This document shows positions 47,685 to 62,239 of a DNA stretch of 64,000 bases, piece by piece. Each line of letters starts with the position of its first letter. Positions within the stretch are counted from its first letter, which is position 1. The notes below the pieces were generated by a model that ran no database searches, had not been told where the DNA came from, and saw nothing but the letters and a program-made list of their open reading frames with translations. The position numbers and the translations under genes were made by a program. This stretch comes from Neoechinorhynchus agilis (Eukaryota > Animalia > Acanthocephala). The stretch spans positions 1,550,001-1,614,000 of the forward strand of contig CM121341.1 of NCBI GenBank assembly GCA_051530055.1, written 5' to 3'.

Positions 47685-49136
47685 CCTGGAGACACTCGTA
47701 AGGGAGACTGCGAAATTGGCCGTTGAGCTAAATGCAGGAAAATGCAAACTGTTGGTAATGAACATCGAAGACGAGTCAGCGCGGAGCGAAATCGTCAAAG
47801 GTTTTCGAAATCTGACACTGGGTTTAGAATTGATCACTCTAGACCGGCTGAGTCTTCTAAAAAGCTGCGTTTTTGATTCTAATGTGGAAAATGAAATCGA
47901 CCATCTACTCCGGAACATCACGATGCTGTGGGATGGAGTCCGAGAACTTTCGTCACACGAGGCTCTATTCATGATCAAGAATACCCTCTTCATTCCGAAA
48001 CTACTTTATAAACTGCGCACGGCTTCCTTCTTCAAGCACGTCGATAAGCTAAAGAAGCTCGATGACATTGTGAAGGCGTGTCTCGAGCACATTTTAAATA
48101 TCCAGCTATGATACGAAGCCTGGCGACAAGCTTCATTGCCTGTATCGTCCGGTGGCTTGGGTATTCGAAAAACAGTAGATGTGTCATTGCCCACGTTTTT
48201 AGGATCATTCGAAGGGAGTTGGGATCTGATAAAACGTATATTGGGACCCGAGTTCTGTTTAGCGGACGAATTTCTAGTGGGGGTCCAGGAATGCTGGGAG
48301 AAGACGGGTTACAATCAAGTTCCCGTGAATGGCCTAAAGCAGTCTATCTGGGATAAACCTTTAGTCGCTTGAGCTCATAGTTCTCTAATTTGAGGCTCTC
48401 GCGGCGAAGTCAACCGGGCTAGATTGCTGGCAGTCTCTACAAGAGAATCGGGAGCATGGTTAGAAGCCCTACCCATTGCATTCGCAGGAACACTCCTCGT
48501 AGACGAAGCAGTTCGGATCGGAGTTTCCATCAGATTAGGTCTACCGATTTGTGTCGAACATCGTTGCCAGTGTGGAATGATCGTGGATCCACTGGGGAGA
48601 CATGGTCTTGTTTGCAACAAATCAGGGGGTCGTTTCTCACGGATTGCTGAATTGAACGACGTAATTTCGCGTGCCCTGAATACGATGAACGTCCCAAACA
48701 TTTTAGAGCCAAGCAACCTGTGCCGACTCGATGGTCGTCGTCCGGATGGCGTCACCGTATTTCTCTGGGACGCCACAAGTGTAGACACGTTCGCGGCAAG
48801 TAACAGAAGGTTTGTGGTGCAGTCCCCAGGCGAAGCGGCTACTGCCGCGGAGGACCGAAAGGTGGCGAAATATAAAGAATTAAGTAGGTCTCACGTTTTT
48901 ATACCCTTTGGAGTTGAGACTCTTGGTGCGCTCGGTAGCTCGGCACTTAGACTTACGAAGGAGTTATCGTGTAGACTCCTGGCCAAGAGAGGAAATACAA
49001 GAACTGGTGCCTTCCTACGCCAAAACATTGGTCTCGCGATCCAAAGAGGAAACGCAGCGAGTGTGGTCGCGACCACTGAGGGAGAGCGATGTCTCTTCTT
49101 CGTAGACGATGGTGATTGTTTAAACGTTTTGTTGTT
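47685..49136 (+). mobile_element. 5'-truncated, decayed CRE-like retrotransposon, family A, copy 2
   Basis: Shares sequence with 10935-11340; RRPDGVT RLE motif; in-frame TGAs at ~48109 and ~48370. Confidence 0.92.
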
Positions 49137-49139
49137 TCG

Positions 49140-50110
49140 GTGGGAGGGGAATTTCTCTGGATGTAAAGGCGGGGGAGATGTGGGGTTATGAATGGGTGAT
49201 ATCGTCGGCATGTAAGAAAAGTTCAAAGTGAGAGGAGAGAGGAATGAGGTTGTTTAGGAAAATATTAAAAAGAAGTGGTGACAGCATAGCACCTTGATGT
49301 AGGCCTTTGGTGAGAAATTTGATGATTGAGGAAGTAGATCGGCAGTGAATGTATTGTTTGCGATTGTGAAGATAAGAGGCGAGCCAGCTTATCTGCGTTA
49401 AGTTCAGACATAAATCGGAGCACTCCCCGAGGATTGAATGGTCCACTGAGTCGAAAGCTTTCGATAAATCAAGTTGAATGAGACGGTGACGTGGGAGGAA
49501 TAATTGTTGAAGTTACATAGAAGCGTATTATAAATGCAAAATAGGACATCGTTTGTAGAAAATTTTGGCCGGAAGCCGAATTTCAGGGGCGATAACTTTT
49601 GATTGAAAAGTGAAAGAAGGCGAGATTTAAAACATTTTTCGATGATTTTTGAAAGAGCGGGTAAAATGGATATTGGATGGAATGATTCGGTGGAAATCGG
49701 ATGCCCTTTTTTCGGAACGAGTATAACTTTGGCAGTTTTAAGGCAAGAGGGGTAGATGCAATATAAAAAGCTGTGATTTATAATATGCGTAAGAGGGTCT
49801 ATGAGTTCGGGGACGATGTAGCGAAGAGCCCGGTATGCGATTTCAAATTGAGAGGACGAATTTCGAGATAATTTCTTGAGACGCTGTAGTGCTTTATATG
49901 ACGAAACTAAGGGGAGTATCGGCGAGTTGACAAAAGTGTCAGTTGTATTAGTTATAGTTTTGGGTAGAGTTTGATGTGGAACAATGATTATAATTTGAGT
50001 CAGGGCAGAGGTTCTGATTGATGGAGTCTAGAACATGTTTTAGTTCAGAAAAGGAACAAATTTGGGAAGGGATCAGGGTTGAGTAGACCAATAGAGTCCT
50101 TGACGGCCCG
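49140..50110 (-). mobile_element. Decayed APE-type non-LTR (CR1/L2/Jockey-like) reverse transcriptase relic
   Basis: LDLSKAFDSVDH, WLASYLHNRKQ, GLHQGAMLSPLLFNIFLN, LHADD and KTAKVI motifs, with stops and frameshifts. Confidence 0.85.
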
Positions 50111-50353
50111 CCACCATGTTCAATTGCGATCTGAACGAATTTTGAAGGAAAGCCAGTTTTTGCGGGCAACAATTATTTGGTTAGTTCTTTTTTTAAACGG
50201 GGAAAGATATCGGCTACTTTATGGATTATTTTTCATTTTTTTTGTAGAATCTACATTTGGAAATCGGAGAATAAAAAGGACGGAGGTGACGTCAGATGGA
50301 AAACTAATCTGTAAAAAGCGCAGCGCTGATTTTTTGAACAAGTATTGACGACC

Positions 50354-50866
50354 TCATAATTTATACCGATCAACGTCGATACTTTCAAGGTGTAGAGCGT
50401 CAATGGCTTCACCAAGTTCGTCCAATTGGCTCATAATCTCCTTCATGTTTTTACGCGATCGTTCCCTCCGTTCCTCTCTCTCCACTTCAGAATCTTGCTG
50501 ACTATGTTGAGTATCCGAAGTGCCAATTGACTGTTTTGAACCGTCAGGAAATAACAAACGCTCGTGAGTTCGAGCAATCCTTTCTTGTTCTTTTCGAACT
50601 GCCTCTACCTCAGCGTAGTCTTCTTCTACTGCTGCATTTGACTCACTAAAAGACTACACTGCGTCTAATTTCTCAAATGAATAAGATTTATCGAATAAGG
50701 AACCCGACCGGTATTGCTGGAGTAGGCGATGCAGTTCGGAATCCGTATCATCGCGATTTTGAGATTCAGTTGATGAATCCTCACCTTCACTATCGGCCAT
50801 TTGTTCACCTAAAAGGTGTTCAATCTCCTCCTTTGCTACTTCATCTGTACGTCCCGTGCGAAACAT
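50354..50866 (-). pseudogene. Acidic coiled-coil ORF (~170 codons) interrupted by one in-frame TAG; unknown family
   Basis: The ORF-track fragments 50654-50866 and 50354-50557 are in the same frame, and the stretch between them is open apart from TAG at 50656-50654. Confidence 0.45.
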
Positions 50867-51159
50867 TCTTTCGTATGATCGCGCATTGGGTTCGGATATC
50901 GATTGATTTCAATTATATTTATGGTTTCTTTCGTAGCCAGATTTAAATCTCGGCGTCATACTTGGAGATAGGCACGGGAATCTTGGTAATTCAATTAAAA
51001 GATTTGGCAGTGAAAATCTTACCTCTTCAATTCGTCAGAGGAAACTTTTCCTAACTCAAACATTTTCGATTGCTTAATCACTTGTAGAATTTTGATATTG
51101 TTAGCATTAAATCATTTTTAGATTATCCTTCAGCTTTCGTTAGGAAAATACAATTTTTG

Positions 51160-51226
51160 GTCTTCATCCGGTAAATAATTTTTTTATTAAAGATGTTTCG
51201 AGCCTTGCCAAGTTCATCATCAGTTT
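51160..51226 (-). ncRNA. Hammerhead-like motif in a dispersed repeat
   Basis: AAA-CTGATGA-T-GAACTT GGCA AGGCTC-GAAA-CATC-TTT; the family consensus would be GAAACGTC. Confidence 0.55.
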
Positions 51227-52208
51227 GGTAGATATTAAGCTTCTTATCGAAATACCTTTTTCTCTTTAAGAAAATCCTCTATAGGTTGCTGCCACTTAAC
51301 TATTCTTGAATCGTCTTTTAATCAACTCCTAATTCCCATAAGTTTTATGAAAATAGTTTGAAAAATTCATTCGAGTCTTCAAATCGTTTTGAATCATCAA
51401 TTCTCCGGGATGATAGAGTTGTGGTGATCGCTTCCTTGCGAAATATTTCAATTCACTAAAATATTTCCTTTCCGGGTTTATAATCAAAACAACTCTGATC
51501 TCTCAAAAATAATAGAAAGTTCGGCGATCATAATCTCTTGGATAAGAATAGAAAAACAATATAAAATAACTAAAAACTTTTTGGATGACTGACGAGGATA
51601 CGCTTTCTGGGATTTATGATCAAGACAACGCTAATCTCGGAAGTACCATTTAGAAGTTTTCACCCGGTAAAGAGATTATTAAAGACGTTATAATAACACG
51701 TTTCACTTGTTAATCCAAAAAGAATAGGACCAATGTCCCCGTTTGGGTCCTCACAAAAACACTCGATTTCTGATCGGTTAAATGAATGTTGATTATGGAC
51801 TGGATCACGGGTTCGGTTGGATTCGAAAGTCGGCGGTTATTCTTGTGAGGTTGAGTCTTTTTTCCTTTTCATTTCGGATGATGGTATGGAAAAATGAGGG
51901 GAGGATGAAATGAATTGGGATTACGATTGTTTTGCTCATGTGAAAAGAGAACGACTTTAGAGTTCCTGTTTTTAGAGGCAGTGACGGTTCCTGCGCCGGT
52001 GAAAAGTATCGAATTATTCGTCTTAATTGTTGAGTTTTGCGGGAATAAACACAAACTCCGAGTCGGATTCATCACCAGTTTGTAAGTTGTGAGCACGAAA
52101 ACAATGAATAATTTGAGTCGACGTGAAATACAAAATCTAAAGTATTTTAAAAAGAAATTTTACCCATCGAATCCAACAAAGTTCAGGCTTTATTCATTTA
52201 AATACAAA

Positions 52209-53665
52209 TCATCGATCATCGCCAGTAGCGATGATTTTTCTGATCTCCGCAGCGATGTCATTATGTGGCACTAGATTATAAGTTCCTCTGACCATACCAT
52301 CGATCATTTGTGTTTGTTGATGGCTCAAATCCTTCACGTAGTTTCTAACAAAACAAAGCAAAGATTGGTGGAATATAACAGGCATTCGATAAGGTTGTTT
52401 TCCCTCGCAATTGTCTAACATAGCAAATCGCATAAAATGGTCAAAAACGGCATTGACGACTTTGTACGGGAGATTGTACCGTTTCTCCAGTAAAACACGG
52501 ATAAAGATGCTTCGTGCTCCCGCAAACTGTTCAATCAATACTTTGGATTCAGACGGAACTGGTGATCCACTGCCTTCGCCTTGGCAAAGGATGTAAAGTG
52601 CAACAGCGACGTGTAACATTGGAAGAGAACTCTTTTCGATGATGGCACCAAGAATAACTGCTTCTCGAATAGTACAAGAACCGGACTCAACGAGCGGTAA
52701 GATTAGACCTTTAAAGAAGGCTCCAGGTTTAAACATTGCTTTACGAACTGCCTATCTCCTCCCGTGAGAGTGAATTAATGAAAGAAAATTTAAAAAACCA
52801 ACCATAAATAGGTGGTAATTGAGACGCTTGTATTCGACAATATCATCTCTGATTCGCGGTAAAAGAGTATCGCTGTAAAACCTATTTACGACGAGGATAA
52901 TATAAATAGTTATTGGTCTATGATTTGAAGTTAAAACCCACTGAGTAAACTTACTTTTGAACCAATTTTTCGTTCATATTAGACGCAAATATTCTTGTAG
53001 CTTGAAAAACAATCGCAGCTGACCAATTGTCAGGTCGAGTGATGGCTAGAAGATGTTCCCATTCACGAAGAGTTGGTAGAACTTTAAACGCTTTTGGGAG
53101 TTTTCCTGAACGGTATTTTGCAAGAACTGGGCCCATTTGACGATACAAAGCAATTATTTTGTCTTCTGCTGTAGGAGGTCCGGAATCAGAAGGCCCTTTA
53201 AAGCCTATCAAATGTTTCTGCATAATTTCCCGTTTCTTTAATAGCGACTCCTCGATCATTTGACTCAGACTTTTTACTTTCTTATTGGCTTCATCGTCGT
53301 CATGACCGAATCCCGTAAGCTCAATGAGCGCTTGTTCATCGGTGGGATCAAGTGGCTATATAGACTTTTTACTTGAACAGTGAGTTTTTTCTTACCTTTA
53401 TAAGATCAGAGTAAATTTGAGATGAAAGCTCAGTGCGTTGTGGTATGCATTCTGAAGGTTTGAAAAACGTCGATGCGTCCACATTGTCAAATTCTACAGG
53501 TTGGAAAGTCTGGCGATCCTCTTCCTCGAGGAAATCAGCTGCCTGCTTTATAGTCTTCTTATTCAGTCGAAGCACGTCTTTGTGAGTCGTAGGAAATTGC
53601 TTTTTGCTTCTATTTTTATTCCTTAATTCCTTTTTCGATTTGTTAGATCGTGATTTCGATTTCAT
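52209..53665 (-). CDS. BYSL: Bystin (Enp1); 4 exons: 53665-53396, 53355-52955, 52881-52803, 52751-52209
   Basis: [53 protein letters not shown] and REAVI motifs; GT-AG introns join in frame. Confidence 0.95.
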
Positions 53666-54057
53666 CTGTAACTTCGCATATTAAAACGGATAAATGTGTA
53701 ATTTTTCAGGAGCGAAAAAAAACAAGGTAAAAATATAGATTTTACTAGAAAAACCTGTGACTCGTTCAAATGTCGTTTCCGCTCGTGATGACAATTGGCA
53801 GTCTTCGAAAAAGGAATTTCACCCAATAAAGATTTAAAGAACACTGTAATTTCTTTTAATTTTAAAAACCGCAATATTGAAATCCTTAGGGAGACCTCTA
53901 GCGCAGGTGATTTTTTCGTGTCAACTTTATTCAATCGCCTAAAATATAAGCAAAAAGTCATGGACTTGTCCTGAGAAAAATTCCCTCAAAGATCACGATC
54001 CTATGAAGACTCGGATTTTATGAACTTAACAGATTACTCGAAAGTTGACTTAACTGA

Positions 54058-56858
<2,801 letters not shown>

Positions 56859-57669
56859 TTAGTATTTTGATTTCAGTGAAGAATACCCACTTATTTCTCC
56901 TTTCTTCATACGAAAGACATGAGAATAGAGAAAATATTTTTGTGTGTAAATTCGCTGATTTTGAACTAAATTTCTCGGAGGTACATTCGAAATCGTTGAT
57001 TGTCAGCGTTTTTCTCAGGTCATCGAAAAGTTCAATTTTATTGGTTTGATTTCGTTAATCGTCAAAGTATTCTTGCTCGTATTTAATAGAATATGTACCA
57101 GACTGTGTCAATCAGAAATATTTATTTAAAGCCAACACGCCATTTAACTCGCTTTATTTCAAAGTCATAGAATCGCTATCGTTTAAAAATTAAGCAATAA
57201 ACAGTTTACATTTGTTGTTTAATCCATTCGATGCTTATGAATAAAATTGTGCTTTTGCACTAAACTTTCCTTATTTTATCAAAAATAAAGTTCTTAATTT
57301 CGCCACTTGCAGTAAAGGTCTCACAGAAAAATTGAATTTCAATTATTAGCTTCACTCGAAAACCTCAAAATCAGTCAGAAATAACCTTCAAACCATTTGT
57401 GAGTCAATGGATTTCGGAGAAAGAATAAAAATTATAAAACTATCTCACAATAAAGATCAAATAATTGTCGCTTATTAATTAAGACATGATTATCAAATTA
57501 AAGTACATTTAAAAATATTGAAACATACAAATTAAAGACCTCAAAGGATTAAAACAGAGCCCGGAAATGCTGAGAGATAATTCGTTAAAAGTTCAATGCA
57601 CGCCTAACCTGCAATCATTTCACTTTCTCGAAATGAAATTTATAGGAACCACGTAAGTCGAATTTCCTC

Positions 57670-59477
57670 AACGGCGATCCATTCTTGACGCATGCAAAAC
57701 TGCCGCTCAAGTTCAGTTTGGATTAAATCAAAGCTACTAAAATTTTGCTTTTTAAACTATTTTAGAATAAAATATCGATGAAGTAACGGCAATCCATTCT
57801 TTACGAATGCAAAACTGCCGCTCAAGTTCAGTTTGGATTAAATCAAAGCAACTAAAATTTTGCTTTTAAAACTATTTTAGAGAAAATATCGATGAAGTAA
57901 CGGCAATCCATTCTTTACGAATGCAAAACTGCCGCTCAAGTTCAGTTTGGATTAAATCAAAGCAACTAAAATTTTGCTTTTTAAACTATTTTAGAATAAA
58001 ATATCGATGAAGTAACGGCGATCCATTCTTTACGAATGCAAAACTGCGCTCAAATTCAGTTTGGATCAAATCAAAGCAACTAAAATTTTGCTTTTAAAAC
58101 TATTTTAGAGAAAATATCGATGAAGTAACGGCGATCCATTCTTTACGAATGCAAAACTGCGCTCAAGTTCAGTTTGGATTAAATCAAAGCAACTAAAATT
58201 TTGCTTTTTAAACTATTTTAGAGAAAATATCGATGAGATAACGGCGATCCATTCTTTACGAATGCAAAACTGCGCTCAAGTTCAGTTTGGATTAAATCAA
58301 AGCAACTAAAATTTTGCTTTTTAAACTATTTTATTAGTATAAAATATCGATGAAGTAACGGCGATCCATTCTTTACGCATGCAAAACTGCCGCTCAAATT
58401 CAGTTTGGATTAAATCAAAGCAACTAAAATTTTGCTTTTTAAACTATTTTAGTATAAAATATCGATGAAGTAACGGCGATCCATTCTTTACGAATGCAAA
58501 ACTGCCGCTCAAGTTCAGTTTGGATTAAATCAAAGCAACTAAAATTTTGCTTTTTAAACTATTTTAGAGAAAATATCGATGAAGTAACGGCGATCCATTC
58601 TTTACGAATGCAAAACTGCCGCTCAAGTTCAGTTTGGATTAAATCAAAGCAACTAAAATTTTGCTTTTTAAACTATTTTAGAGAAAATATCGATGAAGTA
58701 ACGGCGATCCATTCTTTACGAATGCAAAACTGCGCTCAAATTCAGTTTGGATTAAATCAAAGCAACTAAAATTTTGCTTTTTAAACTATTTTAGAGAAAA
58801 TATCGATGAAGTAACGGCGATCCATTCTTTACGAATGCAAAACTGCCGCTCAAGTTCAGTTTGGATCAAATCAAAGCAACTAAAATTTTGCTTTTAAAAC
58901 TATTTTAGAGAAAATATCGATGAAGTAACGGCGATCCATTCTTTACGAATGCAAAACTGCGCTCAAATTCAGTTTGGATTAAATCAAAGCAACTAAAATT
59001 TTGCTCTTTAAACTATTTTAGAATAAAATATCGATGAAGTAACGGCAATCCATTCTTTACGAATGCAAAACTGCCGCTCAAGTTCAAGTTGGATCAAATC
59101 AAAGCAACTAAAATTTTGCTTTTTAAACTATTTTAGAGAAAATATCGATGAGATAACGGCGATCCATTCTTTACGAATGCAAAACTGCGCTCAAATTCAG
59201 TTTGGATTAAATCAAAGCAACTAAAATTTTGCTTTTTAAACTATTTTTAGTATAAAATATCGATGAAGTAACGGCGATCCATTCTTTACGAATGCAAAAC
59301 TGCGCTCAAATTCAGTTTGGATTAAATCAAAGCAACTAAAATTTTGCTTTTTAAACTATTTTCTTAGTATAAAATATCGATGAAGTAACGGCGATCCATT
59401 CTTTACGAATGCAAAACTGCGCTCAAATTCAGTTTGGATTAAATCAAAGCTACTAAAATTTTGCTTTTTAAACTATT
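57670..59477. repeat. Tandem satellite, 114-bp unit (113-bp variants), ~16 copies
   Basis: aagtaacggc recurs at 57781, 57895... The translated repeat period is 38 aa. Confidence 0.96.
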
Positions 59478-61174
59478 CCATCCGTTTTTCTAGGACCGTT
59501 TCGTACAAGTGTTCAGAATAAAAATTATTGGACTAAAAATCATATTCGATAATTTGAATCCAGCTAATAAGATGTTGAACAGAAGGAACGTTCACCAAGA
59601 TAATTAAAAACAAGAATGGACTGGCGATTTTGTATCCTCCGACCAACTCGTGTAAGAACTAAATCTATGGCAATATCGTTAAACTTCTGATCTTAGTCTC
59701 TAGCACGTCAGTGTAAAATTTCAGTGACTATTGCAACGAAAATTGTGCCGTAAAGTGCAATGAGCCAATAGAATCAAATGCCAAGATTGATAAGTGGGCC
59801 AATCACGATACAGCATCAGTGACTTTGGAGAAAAAGACCTGACTCGCACCATTCCAGAATCCGATTGTGACGCTGAAACTCTGTTAAATCCATAGATATT
59901 GAAATAATCGAAAAATTGTATTACATTTCCGACAAAATGACACAAAACAAATATAAATTTAAAACCAAGAGATACCTCATTCGAATTCTATGAGAATATT
60001 GCCCTAAAGTTAATACTGACTTGAACAATAAGCTAAAAAGAAGATAAAATAATTTATTTTAGAAAAACAAAGATTCGCAAAAATTCAAGTCTTGAAAGAT
60101 TTAAAGTTTCCCGAACTAAAACTTTTATGTTCGCTTTTCGCCAGCTCAACAAACGACGAATTAAATAATGATTAGGATATGTCCACGGCCGATTACTTCA
60201 TTAATCACGCAATAAAACAATAAGTGACAAATGGATTCTCGGTTTTTGTTCCGATTTTTTTTAAACATTTCGAATCTGAAAGAAATGTAAATGTGGCGCA
60301 AGTTCAAAAATTTACGAGTTTAATTAGAATCTTGCATTTTCGTACTTAAGTACTTAGCAAATTTTTCCTCGTTTGGATTCAAGAAAAAAGATTGTTCTTT
60401 CCATTTTTTCTTTTTGATTGTTTCAATGTTGATGTCATTTATATTGGCCAAAATGCCAATGGATAAATTATTTCGACGGAAAACGCGCACATCGACGTGA
60501 CTGTATTCGCCGTTTCCGTTCTGGATAAACATCGAAGACATTAACTCTTTTCCTTTGGTTCTGTCTCCTTTTTGGTCTTATGACGTTTTTCACCCTTCAA
60601 CCTTTTTCGAAAAGAAAAGGCTGTGTACAATTTTTAAATTTGGGATCTGATTACAAAGAAAAAAGTACGTCGAATGTTTCGCCTCTTATCCTTGATTGTG
60701 GATTTTAATTTTTGTAAAAGAAAGTTTACTTGCAAATCTTTAATAGTTTCCCAAGGTGAAAAATTGATATTTTCATTATTTTTAGGCTATTACGAAGTAG
60801 TCGCTTATTTAAGAAATGTGATCTGTGGTCTCTTGAAGATGTAACGGAAAAGTCACACTTGCAATCTTTCCGCTTCCGGATATTGGCAAAGATTTCGTAA
60901 ACGTTACAGTACACGGCCATGATATTTTTGCTTTTGTTAATGAAGGAATTCTATTAAACGTTTTCCAGTTGAAACCTCTCAGTTGTTGTACCTTTTTTTT
61001 CTGTTATTTGTGCAAGTATTTATCCATTTTTTTGTATGGCGGAATTTTTAATGTAATTTAATAAGTCCGATATTTAAAAGTTGCAAACAGCTTTGATAAA
61101 GGCACAAAATTATGTTGAAAAATCGGACTATATAAAAACATGGATTATTCATTCTTAAAAAGTATAATTCACTC

Positions 61175-61515
61175 TTTTCGTTCGCAAATTCCTCCTTTTC
61201 GTTCAATTCTGCAACTGTCGTCATGAGGCAGCTTCCTTCGCCGCGCTGATTCGCTGCAGCAGGAATCTGCTGGAGTGCATGTCGCCGGTGGCATATTTAA
61301 GCATCTTTCCCAGCCGGGAAAGGAAGTAATCGGCTTCTTTTCCGCAATCGGAATGAATACATATTGATGCCCATCGAACGATTCCTCGCTGAGGCTTTCG
61401 ACTGCTCCCGATTTTGAGGTGGCATCCCGTAAATGGGATGCTGCGAGCGTGTTGGGGCAGGTAAAATCCTAAACCAAAAATTTCTCGGAAAACCATGGAA
61501 GGAGAACCGCCTAAA
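61175..61515 (-). mobile_element. Decayed 3' fragment of CRE-like family C
   Basis: LLPWFSEKFLV*DFTCPNTLAASH (RLE motif) and FLLQRISAA; the tail is shared with 35915-36062. Confidence 0.8.
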
Positions 61516-62239
61516 TATTTATCCCTCGATTTATGATACAATTGATCGACAAGTACATTAAAATGTCAGTTAAAAGATCTTTTCTTCGAAATTAGCTGAA
61601 CTTGATTGTGCTCGCCCCAAATACAAATTCATTCAATTTGTTGTTTGTATCAAAAAATCAAGATATCGGTTTCCTCGATTTATACTCTTCGATTCACCAT
61701 GCTTTTATAACCAATTTATTAGCATTTCATTGATACGAGCGTACATTCGTTCAAATTTTTAAATAAGGCTCAATCTATGAATAATTCCTATTCGTTGTTC
61801 GGAATCTTTAATAGCTCAATTTGTCAATACGTCCGTTAACTGAATGGTCAGATCAAAATTATCATATAGTTTTCGGACATTCTACATTTAGAATTCAAGG
61901 TTTCTGCTACCAATTTTCCTTACTTATTTAAGTTTAAATAATTTGTCATTAATTCTGCGGCATCATTAAGCTAAAAAGGATTGTGTCGTGTACTTTCAAG
62001 ATTTTTGCATTTCTAAAAAATTAATGCCTATTTTGTTGGCGTCGTTGAAAGTTTTAAACATACGCAGGCAAAATTTTGTTCATTTCTTTTGTGATACATT
62101 TATCGAAATTGATCAACAAATCATTGTAGTTTACAACACTATTTTCTCAAAAAATCAGTGAATTGAGCTGCTAGTGAAAATTAAGCCTTTGAATTTTGTT
62201 ATTTTAGATACACTAGAGTAATATTGGATAATTTTTCAA

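Noticed and set aside
51600-52200. Short open frames downstream of bystin
   Set aside because: They are fragmented in all frames with no recognisable motif.
59490-59525. Minus-strand CTGAACA...GAAACGGTC string
   Set aside because: The core G8 is missing and neither stem I nor stem II pairs.
59700-60950. Several GC-richer coding-like patches
   Set aside because: They are short, interrupted by stops and cannot be assigned to a family; probably decayed relics.
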